A DNA stretch of 61,781 nucleotides, counting the filler, from Candidatus Tectimicrobiota bacterium (GTDB taxonomy: Bacteria > JACPSX01): assembly GCA_016193065.1 (NCBI GenBank). It is 8 parts of 8 records of this genome, joined end to end, with 100 filler letters (N's around TTAATTAATTAA, not from the genome) between each part and the next. Parts side by side here need not be neighbours in the genome. Positions count along the whole stretch, not along the records: positions 1 to 14,155 come from JACPSX010000213.1; positions 14,256 to 26,313 come from JACPSX010000214.1; 6 more parts are not named here. One strand, 5' to 3'. Each line of letters starts with the position of its first letter. Positions within the stretch are counted from its first letter, which is position 1. Below are positions 11,297 to 21,103 of the stretch, piece by piece. The notes under the pieces are model-generated. The model did no database searches. It saw only the letters and a list, made by a program, of their open reading frames with translations, and was not told where the DNA came from. The position numbers and the translations under genes are program-made.

Positions 11297-11941
11297 CTAA
11301 CGGGATCCGAGCGGGATATCGTATTCGGTCCCTTTCTTCATCTTATGAATCTTTGCGATCAGGTCTTGCAGGTCCTCGGTCTGGTTCACGAAATCGATCT
11401 CGCTGGTGTTGATCACCAGCAAAGGGGTCTCACGGTAGTGGAAGAAAAACTCATTATACGTGCGGCTGACCGCTTCCACGTATTCCACGGCTATCCCGCG
11501 TTCATACTCCCTGGACCGGGACCGGATCCGTCTTAGCAAGACCTCTAGTTCTGCCTGCAAGTAAATGACCAGGTCAGGCTTGGGAACACGGGGCTCGAGC
11601 AATTGGTAGACCTCATCATAGAGTTTTAGCTCCTTATCGTCAAGCGTGACCGAGGCAAAGATCCGGTCCTTGACGAAAAGGTAATCGCACACGGTGGTTT
11701 GCTGAAAGAGCTGGTGCTGGACCAGTTCCTCTTGCTGGCGAAACCGGCTCAACAGGAAAAAGATCTGAGCCTGGAAGGCATAGCGCACCGGGTCCCGGTA
11801 AAAATCCTCGAGGAAAGGGTTTTTCTCGGCCACTTCCAGGACCGTATGAGCCTGGAAGGCATCCCCCAGAAGACGAGCCAGGCTGGTCTTGCCCACGCCG
11901 ATGGGCCCTTCGATGGCAATGTAGCGGGTCTCAGATGCCAC
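11297..11941 (-). CDS. deoxynucleoside kinase
   Basis: IAIEGPIGVGKT P-loop; conserved folK-dNK-panB order. Confidence 0.92.
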   Translation of the reverse strand: MASETRYIAIEGPIGVGKTSLARLLGDAFQAHTVLEVAEKNPFLEDFYRDPVRYAFQAQIFFLLSRFRQQEELVQHQLFQQTTVCDYLFVKDRIFASVTLDDKELKLYDEVYQLLEPRVPKPDLVIYLQAELEVLLRRIRSRSREYERGIAVEYVEAVSRTYNEFFFHYRETPLLVINTSEIDFVNQTEDLQDLIAKIHKMKKGTEYDIPLGSR

Positions 11942-12437
11942 AGGCAGCGTCCTCGCGCAGCTTTTCCACTTGCTGGGCAGTCCCCAGAGCGGCCAGATAC
12001 GCGGCAAAGGGGACGCCCGTCTCCGGGTGTTTCCCGTCAGGATCCACTTCCAGCAGCGGGATGAGCACGAAACGCCGCTCCGTCAATCTGGGATGAGGCA
12101 CCTGGAGTCCCCCGCCCTCGTAGACACAATCGCCGTACAAGAGCAGATCCAGATCGACGAGGCGCGGACCCCAGCGCACCGCCGGCGCGCGCCCCATATG
12201 CGCCTCGATGCTTTTGAGAGCCTTCAGCACCTCCGTGGGCCCGAGGGCCGTTTGGATCCGGACGACCCCATTGACAAACCAAGGCTGCAACGGACCGCCG
12301 ACGGGCTCCGTGCGATACAGAGAGGAAACCTGCAGAACGTGGAAATCTTTCGCTTGTTGCAGAAGGCAGACTGCCTGCCGGCAATTGGCTGCCGGCTCGT
12401 CCAGGTTGGAACCGATCCCCACCGTGGCAACAGGCAT
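11931..12437 (-). CDS. folK: 2-amino-4-hydroxy-6-hydroxymethyldihydropteridine diphosphokinase
   Basis: GIGSNL, SSLYRTEP, WGPRLVDLDLL, PHPRLTERRFVL. Confidence 0.95.
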   Translation of the reverse strand: MPVATVGIGSNLDEPAANCRQAVCLLQQAKDFHVLQVSSLYRTEPVGGPLQPWFVNGVVRIQTALGPTEVLKALKSIEAHMGRAPAVRWGPRLVDLDLLLYGDCVYEGGGLQVPHPRLTERRFVLIPLLEVDPDGKHPETGVPFAAYLAALGTAQQVEKLREDAACGI

Positions 12438-12439
12438 GC

Positions 12440-13615
12440 TCAGATTCGAAGCTTCCGGATCCGCTCCACGGCCTCCTGAAGCCGCTCCTCGGAAACCGTC
12501 AGTGTGAACCGGATAAACCCCTCTCCATAGGAACCGAAACCCACACCCGGGGTACTCACGATGGCTGCCTCCTGCAAGAGGTGGGCGCAAAACTCCACGG
12601 AGCGGACTCCCTGGGGAAGAGGAACCCAGAGATAAAACGTGGCCTGGGGTTTCTCCACCTGAAATCCCGCCCGCTGCAGCCCGTCCACGAGAACATTGCG
12701 GCGCCCGGTGTAGATCCTTCGCACTTCCTCCAGCTCCTCCGCAGGACCCAGAAGAGCGGCAATGCCGGCCTCCTGAACCGCCTCGAAGAGCCCCGAATCC
12801 AGATTCGCCTTGACCGCTGCCAGGCCGGAGAGGATCTCCCGGTTGCCCACCGCAAAGGCCGCCCGCCAGCCGGTCATATTGAAGGTCTTGGAAAAGGAAT
12901 GGAACTCAATCCCGACCTCTTTCCCTCCCTCAACCTGCAGGAGGCTCGGAGCCTTGTATCCATCATAGGACATCTCGTTATAAGCCGCGTCATGGCACAG
13001 GATCAGATGATTACGGCGGGCAAACTCGACGGATTCCCGGAGAAACTCCACAGGGGCCACGGCAGCCGTGGGGTTGTTCGGGTAGTTGAGGAAGAGCATT
13101 TTTGCTTTTTTCAGATCCGCCGGGTCGATCCGGGAATAATCGGGCAGGAAGCGGTTTTCCCTGCGCAGAGGTATGAGCACGGGATGGCCGCCGGCCAGAA
13201 CCGTTCCCGAATAATAAACAGGATAGCCGGGATCCGGCACCAGCACCACGTCCCCGGGGTTCACGAAGGCCAGAGGAATGTGGCCAATCCCCTCCTTGGA
13301 GCCCAGCATGGAGATGATCTCGCCATTCGGGTCCAGAGTGACCCCGTATCGCTTCTGGAACCAGGTCGCCACCGCCTGCCGGAAGCTCTCCATGCCTGCA
13401 TAGGAAGGGTAGCGATGATGAGACGGGTCCGCCGCAGCCTCCTGCAGGCGCTTTACGATGTGCGGGTACGTCGGCAGATCGGGGTCCCCGACTCCCAAAT
13501 CAATGATGTCGGCCCCTTTTGCCTGAGCCTCCTTGCGCATGCGATCGATCTCGGCAAAAAGGTAGGGGGGAAGTTGATTGAGTCGTTCAGCCCGGGCAAA
13601 AGAAGCTGCGGCCAC
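12440..13615 (-). CDS. dapL: LL-diaminopimelate aminotransferase (PLP class I)
   Basis: LPPYLFAEID, NYPNNPT, SFSKTFNMTGWR; directly downstream of dapB. Confidence 0.88.
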   Translation of the reverse strand: MAAASFARAERLNQLPPYLFAEIDRMRKEAQAKGADIIDLGVGDPDLPTYPHIVKRLQEAAADPSHHRYPSYAGMESFRQAVATWFQKRYGVTLDPNGEIISMLGSKEGIGHIPLAFVNPGDVVLVPDPGYPVYYSGTVLAGGHPVLIPLRRENRFLPDYSRIDPADLKKAKMLFLNYPNNPTAAVAPVEFLRESVEFARRNHLILCHDAAYNEMSYDGYKAPSLLQVEGGKEVGIEFHSFSKTFNMTGWRAAFAVGNREILSGLAAVKANLDSGLFEAVQEAGIAALLGPAEELEEVRRIYTGRRNVLVDGLQRAGFQVEKPQATFYLWVPLPQGVRSVEFCAHLLQEAAIVSTPGVGFGSYGEGFIRFTLTVSEERLQEAVERIRKLRI

Positions 13616-13627
13616 GGAATCCTCCTT

Positions 13628-14155
13628 TTAGCGCTTGAGTCCCAACACGTCCTGCATATCATAGATTCCCGGAGGCTGGCCCACAACCCACTGGGCCGCT
13701 CTGAGGGCTCCCCAGGCAAAGGTGTCCCGGCTGTGAGCCCGGTGCACCATCTCCAGCCGCTCCCCGGGGCCCGCCAGGACCACCAGGTGCTCACCCACCA
13801 CGTCCCCGGCGCGCACGGCGTGCACTCCAATCTCTGCTGAAGTTCTCTCCCCGGTGATCCCACGGCGCCCGAAGATTCCGCTACCCGGCCACGGGCGCTG
13901 CAAGGCACCAGCGACCACCTGGGCCAAACGCAAGGCCGTCCCGCTGGGAGCATCTTTCTTTAGACGGTGATGGATCTCGACAATTTCCACATCATATCCT
14001 TCTCCCAGAGAGGCAACGGCCTCTTCCAGAAGACGGTACAGCACGTTGACCCCCAGGCTCATGTTGGGGGATTTCACGAGGCGGGCTCGGGAAGCCAGGC
14101 TTTCAATCTCCTTGTCCTGTTCCGGCGAGAACCCCGTGGTGCCAATGACCATCGC
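13628..14155 (-). CDS. dapB: 4-hydroxy-tetrahydrodipicolinate reductase (5'-truncated at contig end)
   Basis: VIGTTG, NMSLGVN, EIHHRLKKDAPSGTA, RAGDVVGEH. Confidence 0.95.
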   Translation of the reverse strand, partial: AMVIGTTGFSPEQDKEIESLASRARLVKSPNMSLGVNVLYRLLEEAVASLGEGYDVEIVEIHHRLKKDAPSGTALRLAQVVAGALQRPWPGSGIFGRRGITGERTSAEIGVHAVRAGDVVGEHLVVLAGPGERLEMVHRAHSRDTFAWGALRAAQWVVGQPPGIYDMQDVLGLKR

Positions 14156-14255
14156 NNNNNNNNNNNNNNNNNNNNNNNNNNNNNNNNNNNNNNNNNNNNT
14201 TAATTAATTAANNNNNNNNNNNNNNNNNNNNNNNNNNNNNNNNNNNNNNNNNNNN
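14156..14255. other. artificial contig linker
   Basis: N44-TTAATTAATTAA-N44 with stops in all frames; identical linkers at 26314-26413, 29405-29504, 36360-36459, 45942-46041, 51021-51120 and 55577-55676. Confidence 0.99.
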
Positions 14256-15042
14256 CGTCCACATACTTGCAGACTTTGTCGAGGGAGGCGTAGGCATCCA
14301 GCAGGAAATCATCCATTCCCAGAGGGTAGTTGTAGAGAACCCGAATCCACCGCAGGCCCTCGATTTGATTTAACTTTTCCAGGAGTTCCGCCAGGCCGAT
14401 CTCTCCTCGCGCGTCTTTCCCGTAATAGTTGATGTCCTGGGCAATCAGGTTGATCTCTCGCACCCCCTGATCTGCCAATCTCCGCGCTTCCTCAAGGATC
14501 ACGCCAGCCGGGCGGCTGCGGAAGCGCCCCCGGATTTGCGGGATGACGCAGAACGTGCAGGGCCGGGAACACCCCTCGGCGATCTTGAGGTAAGCCGTGT
14601 AGGATGGGGTGGCCAGGACCCGGGCCAGGGGCTTTTCATAGGCCATCAGGTGATGAGAGTACACCTCGCGCCGGCCGTTGCCGTTTCCCACCAGTTCCGC
14701 GATCCGATCGTACTCGTTGGTTCCCAGGAAGAGATCCACCTCCGGGAGTTCCCGGGCCAGTTCCCCCTTGTAGCGTTGCGAGAGGCAGCCGGTCACCACG
14801 ATCTTTTGGCACGCACCTGATTCCTTGAGCCTTGAGACCTGCAAGATAGCGTCGATGGACTCCTTCTTGGCCGCTTCAATGAAGCCGCAAGTGTTCACAA
14901 CGATCACCTGGGCCTCCTCGGTGCTCGAGGTAAGCTCGTAGCCCACCTCGGTGAGCTTGGCCAGCATGATCTCGGAGTCGACCAGATTCTTGGGGCATCC
15001 CAGGGAGACCAGGGCCACCTTTTCCGTTGATTTTTCCGGCAT
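14256..15042 (-). CDS. rimO: ribosomal protein S12 methylthiotransferase RimO (3'-truncated)
   Basis: VSLGCPKNLVDSE, NTCGFIEAAKKESI, radical SAM motif CSRPCTFC. Confidence 0.95.
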
Positions 15043-15318
15043 TGTCGTTGATTTTCCCCCCGGCAAATACGGGAAATCCCTGCGCAACGAACTATTACCA
15101 GCCGGGCTCCCCCCTGTCAACGTCTTTCGCTGCCCAGAGCGGGCTTGCCCCGGATGGATCCCCCCGTTATAATCACGTGACCCTATGGTTGCGGACACCG
15201 GGTCTCGTTGATAACCTTGCTGGACCGGGTCAGGGTGTTTCTTCCAGAGAGCCTCTGGCCGATTTAGGGGAGCCGAATGGAATGCAAGCATCCGCATCAG
15301 GGAAGGGGTGGAAGAGGG

Positions 15319-15570
15319 ATGATTACCCCGGAGGAAATTAAGGGGATTTTGGAGAGGGAAATCCCCGATTCGGTCGTGGAAGTCGGGGATATGACGGGGG
15401 GCGGGGATCACTTCCAGGTGATCGTGGTCTCCCCCGAATTTGAGGGCAAGAGGCTGGTGCAACAGCACCAGTTGGTTTACAAGGCGCTCGGGAAAGTCCT
15501 GGATGGAGATGCCATCCACGCCCTGGCTTTGAGAACGTACACCCCGGAGGCCTGGCAGGGTGCTCTCTGA
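15319..15570 (+). CDS. BolA family protein
   Basis: GDHFQVIVVS..FEGKRLVQQHQLVY, IHALAL; adjacent to grxD. Confidence 0.93.
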   Translation: MITPEEIKGILEREIPDSVVEVGDMTGGGDHFQVIVVSPEFEGKRLVQQHQLVYKALGKVLDGDAIHALALRTYTPEAWQGAL

Positions 15571-15629
15571 GCGGCGCCACGGGATTCGCACGAATCAAGA
15601 ACCAGACACTCTTGGAAGAGGGAAAAATC

Positions 15630-15956
15630 ATGGCAAGTGACGTGATGGAAAGAATCAAGTCGGACGTGGAAGGGAACAAGATCATCCTCTACATCAAGGG
15701 GACCAAAGAAATGCCCATGTGCGGTTTTTCCGCGGCCACAGTGGGTCTGTTTCAGTCCCTGGAGGTTCCCTTCAAGACGGTCGATGTTCTGGCGGATTCG
15801 GAGATCCGGGAGGCCATCAAGGAGTACACGAACTGGCCCACGATTCCCCAAGTGTTCATCAATGGGGAATTCATCGGGGGTTGCGATATCGTCCACGAAA
15901 TGCACGAGAGGGGGGAACTGGAGCCTCTGGTAAAAGCTGCTGTCGGCGGTAAGTAG
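15630..15956 (+). CDS. grxD: monothiol glutaredoxin Grx4
   Basis: KGT...PMCGFS, WPTIPQVFINGEFIGGCD. Confidence 0.95.
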   Translation: MASDVMERIKSDVEGNKIILYIKGTKEMPMCGFSAATVGLFQSLEVPFKTVDVLADSEIREAIKEYTNWPTIPQVFINGEFIGGCDIVHEMHERGELEPLVKAAVGGK

Positions 15957-15980
15957 CCTCACACCCGATTCCAGAACAGG

Positions 15981-16024
15981 AAGAGGCCCTGGAGTTGTGA
16001 AAAGCTCCGGGGCCTTTTCGTTTT
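15981..16024 (+). terminator. intrinsic terminator after bolA-grxD
   Basis: GGCCCTGGAG/CTCCGGGGCC stem followed by TTTTCGTTTT. Confidence 0.8.
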
Positions 16025-16182
16025 CGGGGATCTTGATTTCTAAATCACATAGCGGTTGGCCTTTTCCCGAAGATGCCACCCTACTGCAACGCACAGAGGA
16101 GATTGACAGGGAAGAGATTGGGTAAGTACTATGGGCATGCATTCATCGCATTTTGCTCTCGTCATCTTGAAATGGAGGGAGA

Positions 16183-17196
16183 ATGATCTACGCCTCTGCG
16201 CCAACCCGCATCGATTTCGCGGGCGGAACCCTGGATATTCCTCCGCTCTATCTCTTTGTTTCTCCCTGTTACACGATCAACCTGGCCATTGATCTCAAAG
16301 CGAAGGTCACGCTGAAGCGACGCCGGAATCAAAAGATCCACTGGGTTTCCAGGGACCAAAGGGTAAAGGCCTCTTGGGCGTCCTCGCGCTCCGTTACCTG
16401 GCGCGGCGCTCCTTTCCAGGAGCTCATGGGACGCCTGATCCGATCCTTCGACCCTCTGCCGGGCTGCGAAATGGTCACCGACTGTGCGGCCCCGGCCGGA
16501 GCAGGGACCGGAGGCTCTTCGGCCCTGACGATTGCCGCCACCGCTGCCCTCACCACTTTGAAAGGGGAGCGGTTTTCCAGTCGCGGAGCCCTGATTGAAT
16601 ACGCCAAGGGGATCGAGACCCAGGCCATCCACGTCCCCACGGGTTACCAGGACTACATTGCGGCTGTTTACGGAGGGGCAAGCCTCATTGAGTTCTCGGT
16701 AGAAGGAGTGAAGCGCCGCCCCCTGGCCAGCCGCTCCTTCCTGAAAGAACTGGAGAAACACTTGTTGCTGGTTTATATGGGCAAGCCGCGCTTCTCCGGA
16801 GCGAATAACTGGGAGCTGTTCCGGCGCTACTTTGACCGGGACCGCAAGGTGAACCGCTTTTTCCACGACCTCCGGGACAACGCCATCGTTATGAAGGAGG
16901 CTTTCGAACAGGAAGACATCCCTGCTGTCGCCCGGGGTCTCGACCGGGACTGGAAGACCCGCAAGCGCATGCTGCCGGCCATGACCACCCCGGCCATCGA
17001 GCGCTGGATTCAGGAAGCTCGCCGCCAGGGGGCGATGGGGGCGCGGGTGTGCGGAGCGGGAGGCGGCGGTTGCCTGGCCATGATCATCGATCCCGATCAG
17101 CGGGCGCAACTCCACGCTCTGGCCGAGTCACACGGAGTCCGAGTGCTTCCGGTAAAGATCGTCCATCACGGCCTTCGGGTGAAACGGATGGAGTGA
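16183..17196 (+). CDS. GHMP-family sugar kinase (HddA-like)
   Basis: APTRIDFAGGTLD, PAGAGTGGSSA, GYQDY, GAGGGG. Confidence 0.85.
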   Translation: MIYASAPTRIDFAGGTLDIPPLYLFVSPCYTINLAIDLKAKVTLKRRRNQKIHWVSRDQRVKASWASSRSVTWRGAPFQELMGRLIRSFDPLPGCEMVTDCAAPAGAGTGGSSALTIAATAALTTLKGERFSSRGALIEYAKGIETQAIHVPTGYQDYIAAVYGGASLIEFSVEGVKRRPLASRSFLKELEKHLLLVYMGKPRFSGANNWELFRRYFDRDRKVNRFFHDLRDNAIVMKEAFEQEDIPAVARGLDRDWKTRKRMLPAMTTPAIERWIQEARRQGAMGARVCGAGGGGCLAMIIDPDQRAQLHALAESHGVRVLPVKIVHHGLRVKRME

Positions 17197-17214
17197 GAGT
17201 TTGCGCACGGAGGG

Positions 17215-18222
17215 TCAGTACAAGGAGGCAACGAACCCTGAGTCCTCCAGTTGTTTCACCAGGCTCGCGTCGATAAACTCTTCGGGTTTCGCCTGGCGCG
17301 CTTTAGGTTCCTGTTCCTTCACAAAGTCCAGGACCGTTTGAATGGCCTCCGGATGCGGAATGGGGGCCTTGTTCAGGTAGGTTTCAATAAATATCTTGTA
17401 GCTGTACTCCAGGATCTCGTCGTCCTTGACCCTCGTGTACTTGGACATGACGCTCTTGGTGAAGGCCTTATCGCGCTTGGCCCTTGCGATCCCCGCCACG
17501 TACCCCTTCAAGAAATCCAGGACGAGACTCCGATCTCTCTGGATCAGCTTCTGGGAGCCCAGGAGCAAGGACTGGTCGTAGGGGATGTTCAAAGTTCCCA
17601 GGTCCACCAGAGCATTGAATCCCCGCTTTTGGACTTGCAGGTTCAGGGGGGCGGGAAGATAGCCGCCCTGGATCTGCCTGCTCTGCATGGCCGCGAAGGC
17701 TTCCGGAATCCCTCCCATCTGGCGGATCGCCACGTCGGTGTTTGGATTGAGTCCCAGGCGCTGCAGGGCCATCAGGGTTCCCAGATGAGGTGTGGTGCCA
17801 AAGCGGCTAATCCCCAGAGTCTTCCCCTTCAGGTCGGCCGCCGTCTTGATCTCGGGAAGCACCATCAAGGAGGCGACAAACGTGTAGGTGTGGGTGGCGA
17901 TGGCGACCACGCTGCCTCCGCTCAAGCGGGCTCTCACCAAGGATTCTCCGGAGGACATGGTAATCGGGGCTTCGCCAGCCAGCAGGACAGCCACCGCTTT
18001 GGAGCCTCCGGCAATATAGGCTAAGGTTACGTTGACCCCGTACTTGGCGAAGGACTGGGATTCCTGGGCGACCCACAGGGCGGTGAAAGCGCCGCTGGTG
18101 GAAGTGAAGGAGGCTGTAATGGACTTCTCCCCGTACGCCCGGGCGGATGGAGCCAAAATCAGGAGTGCGGCAAACCAAAACACGGGCACGTTTGACAGGA
18201 CCTTTAGACACTTTCCCATCAT
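17215..18222 (-). CDS. ABC transporter substrate-binding protein (SsuA/NMT1/THI5-like)
   Basis: Signal peptide, IKTAADLKGKTLGISRFG, PEEFIDASLV. Confidence 0.85.
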   Translation of the reverse strand: MMGKCLKVLSNVPVFWFAALLILAPSARAYGEKSITASFTSTSGAFTALWVAQESQSFAKYGVNVTLAYIAGGSKAVAVLLAGEAPITMSSGESLVRARLSGGSVVAIATHTYTFVASLMVLPEIKTAADLKGKTLGISRFGTTPHLGTLMALQRLGLNPNTDVAIRQMGGIPEAFAAMQSRQIQGGYLPAPLNLQVQKRGFNALVDLGTLNIPYDQSLLLGSQKLIQRDRSLVLDFLKGYVAGIARAKRDKAFTKSVMSKYTRVKDDEILEYSYKIFIETYLNKAPIPHPEAIQTVLDFVKEQEPKARQAKPEEFIDASLVKQLEDSGFVASLY

Positions 18223-18320
18223 GATGTTTTCCCCCCCTGGCGGCCAGATCTTCAGCACTGTGTCCGGGAGACTAAGGCACCCGGCACCCGGGTGTCAACG
18301 GGAATTTCCCGTGAACCCGG

Positions 18321-19421
18321 CTAAAGGGATTCGCTCTGCCCCGAGATGAAGCGCTCCACCATGTCCCGCGCCTGCACGTCGGTGAGCTGCCGGGGGGGAT
18401 GCTTCATGAAGTAAGAGGATACGCCCTGAAGAGCGCCGGAGACGCCCCGGTCCAGGGCCAGTTTGCAGCAGCGGATGGCGTCAATCGTCACGCCTCCGCT
18501 GTTGGGAGAATCCTCCACGGAGAGCCGCAGCTCGAGCTCGATGGGGATGTCCCCGAAGATTCGCCCTTCCATGCGGATGAAGGCGACCTTGTTGTCCTTT
18601 TGCCAGGGGACATAATCGCTGGGGCTGATGTGGATGTTCTGGGCATCGAGGGGAACTTCGAGCTGGGATTGGACCGCCTCGGTCTTGGAGACCTTTTTGA
18701 ACTTCAGGCGGCTGCGGTTGAGCATGTTGAGAAAATCCGTGTTTCCCCCCGTGTTGAGCTGGTAGGTGCGGTCCATTTTCACCCCGCGGTCCGAGAAGAG
18801 CTTGGTCAAGACACGGTGGGTGATGGTGGCTCCGAGCTGGGACTTGACGTCATCTCCCACAATGGGGAGGCCGGCTTCCCGGAAGCGGGACTCCCAGGGG
18901 GGGTCTGAAACGATAAAGACGGGAATACAATTGATCAGGGCGACCCGGGCCTGCAGGCAGCATTCCGCGTAAAACCGCGACGCCTCCTCGGATCCCACGG
19001 GGAGATAGTTGACCAGAATCTTGGCACCGCTCTTCTTCAGTTCGGAGACGACGTCGCACGGCGGCATGTCGGAGGGTACGAAGACCCGATCCCGGGGAAA
19101 CTCCTTCATGTGATCGGAATAGCCGTCCAGGATGTGGCCCATCTGCACCGTGACCCCCTTGTGGGGTACCTGGGGGAAGAAGACCTTCGTGCAGTTGGGA
19201 GGCGCGAAGATGGCCTCGCTCAGGTCCCGGCCCACCTTGCGCTGGTCGATGTCGAAGGCAGCCACCACCTCGATGTCCTCGGGTTGGTAACCTCCAATCT
19301 CGCGGTGCATGAGGCCCACAGCATCCTGGGGGTTTCCGTTCCGGTAGTATTCAATGCCCTGAATGAGTGCGCTGGCACAATTCCCTACCCCGACAATCGC
19401 AATCTTAATCTTGCTTCCCAT
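18321..19421 (-). CDS. ino1: myo-inositol-1-phosphate synthase
   Basis: IVGVGNCASAL, NYLPVGS, GDDVKSQLGAT, QLNTGGNTDFLNM, EDSPNSGG. Confidence 0.95.
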   Translation of the reverse strand: MGSKIKIAIVGVGNCASALIQGIEYYRNGNPQDAVGLMHREIGGYQPEDIEVVAAFDIDQRKVGRDLSEAIFAPPNCTKVFFPQVPHKGVTVQMGHILDGYSDHMKEFPRDRVFVPSDMPPCDVVSELKKSGAKILVNYLPVGSEEASRFYAECCLQARVALINCIPVFIVSDPPWESRFREAGLPIVGDDVKSQLGATITHRVLTKLFSDRGVKMDRTYQLNTGGNTDFLNMLNRSRLKFKKVSKTEAVQSQLEVPLDAQNIHISPSDYVPWQKDNKVAFIRMEGRIFGDIPIELELRLSVEDSPNSGGVTIDAIRCCKLALDRGVSGALQGVSSYFMKHPPRQLTDVQARDMVERFISGQSESL

Positions 19422-19635
19422 CACTCTCTCCTCCTTTGGTCGAAGCTCGCCCAGGAAGCACGGAGTGAAGTTGCCTTGTGCTGAAGGTCGGTCAATTTGG
19501 ATCTGGAATCATCCCGCCCGGCGGTTCATAGGTCCTGTCAATCGGGTAGAAACAAACGCATGAGAACCTTTTCACCCCATGAGATCAATTTGATCATAAT
19601 ACAGCCGCGCCCTTAATTTCAACGATATTTTGCCC

Positions 19636-20208
19636 TTACGGGGAGGTCTGGGGGGCCAGTCCCAGATCTGCGGCAATCCCGCTCATGGCCTGGATGACGA
19701 AGGCGATGTGCTCGTTCAAATCGACGCCGAGATCCGTAGCTCCCTGAACGATATCTTCCCGGTTCACGGAGCGGGCAAATGCTTTGTCTTTCAGCATCTT
19801 GCGCACCGAAGGGGGATCTACTTCAGCCAGGCTCTTGCCGGGCTTGACGAGGGCCACGGCCACAATGAAGCCCGCCAGCTCATCGACCGCAAAAAGGGTC
19901 TTGTCCAGCAAACTCAGGCAGGGGACTCCCAGATACTCGGCGTGGGCCTTGATGGCGTAAATCATCTCCTCCGGATAGCCCTGCTCCTGCAGGATCCCGA
20001 CCCCCACCATGGGGTGTTTGTCGGGGGTGGGGTTTTGCTCGTAGTCGAAGTCGTGCAGGAGGCCCGTGATTCCCCAGAGTTCTTCGTCTTCTCCGAACTT
20101 GCGGGCATAGGCCCGCATGGCGGCCTCTACAGCCAGGGCGTGCTTTCGCAGGTTCGGGGTTTTTGTGTAGGTGTAGAGCAGGTCCAGAGCCTGCTGCCGG
20201 GTTTTCAT
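19636..20208 (-). CDS. HD-domain (HDIG) protein
   Basis: RKHALAVEAAM, GLLHDFDYE, FAVDELAG. Confidence 0.88.
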   Translation of the reverse strand: MKTRQQALDLLYTYTKTPNLRKHALAVEAAMRAYARKFGEDEELWGITGLLHDFDYEQNPTPDKHPMVGVGILQEQGYPEEMIYAIKAHAEYLGVPCLSLLDKTLFAVDELAGFIVAVALVKPGKSLAEVDPPSVRKMLKDKAFARSVNREDIVQGATDLGVDLNEHIAFVIQAMSGIAADLGLAPQTSP

Positions 20209-20314
20209 GCCCACAGGATACCACACGATTCCCTTCGCAAACAGAGAGGCCGGACGGGATCGGGGAGTTACGGAAGTGTAACCATCCCGGGCTCTGTGCT
20301 ATGATCAGGACATC

Positions 20315-21103
20315 ATGATACACCTACCCTCCGGACAAAATAAGGCAAGAGCGGAGAAGGTCTCCCTGTTCGTCACCTGCCTGGTGGATTTGCTCTTTCC
20401 CGAAGTGGGTTTGGCGGCAACCCGGGTCCTGGAGCGCCTGGGAGTCGCAGTGGACTTTCCACCCGGACAGACCTGCTGCGGCCAGCCAGCCTACAACAGC
20501 GGCTTTCACCGGGATGCCGCTCGCGTGGCCCGCCATTTCATCGAGGTCTTCGAGAACAGCGGGGCCATCGTGGCCCCATCGGGCTCCTGCGCTTGCATGG
20601 TCAAAGAATACTATCCCAAGCTTTTCGCGGGGGATCCTGTCTGGGAAGGCAAGGCGCGGGCCCTTTCCCACCGGGTTTTCGAGTTTTCCCAGTTTCTTGT
20701 GGACCGGCTGGGTGTCCGCGATCTGGGTGCTCGCTACCCGGGCAAAGTCGCCTATCACGACTCCTGCCATTTACTGCGGGGGTTAGGGGTCAGGGAACAA
20801 CCGCGGCAACTTCTCCGAGGGGTTGCTGATCTGGAACTCGTGACCCTGGAGCGCTCGGAGCAGTGCTGCGGGTTTGGGGGTTCCTTCGCCGTCAAATTGG
20901 GCTCCATCTCCGAGGCCATCGCCGACGAGAAAATTGCCCACCTGGAGCGCTGCGGCGCCACGACACTGACGGCCTGCGATATGGGCTGCCTCATGCATCT
21001 GAGGGGGCGTCTGAGCCGTCGAAACAAATCGATCCGTACGGTTCACCTGGCCCAGATCCTGGCCGGGTCCAATGGAGTTGACCGGGGGGAGACACATGGC
21101 TAA
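20315..21103 (+). CDS. lutA: LutA/YkgE-like CCG-domain Fe-S protein
   Basis: LFVTCLVD, QTCCGQP, SGSC, YHDSCH, CCGFGG. Confidence 0.9.
   Translation: MIHLPSGQNKARAEKVSLFVTCLVDLLFPEVGLAATRVLERLGVAVDFPPGQTCCGQPAYNSGFHRDAARVARHFIEVFENSGAIVAPSGSCACMVKEYYPKLFAGDPVWEGKARALSHRVFEFSQFLVDRLGVRDLGARYPGKVAYHDSCHLLRGLGVREQPRQLLRGVADLELVTLERSEQCCGFGGSFAVKLGSISEAIADEKIAHLERCGATTLTACDMGCLMHLRGRLSRRNKSIRTVHLAQILAGSNGVDRGETHG

Noticed and set aside
14156-14255. Repeated TTAATTAATTAA flanked by N runs (7 copies)
   Set aside because: Artificial contig linker. Adjacency across linkers (for example cas6 next to GH57) is not biological, and ORFs ending in X/LIN are artefacts.
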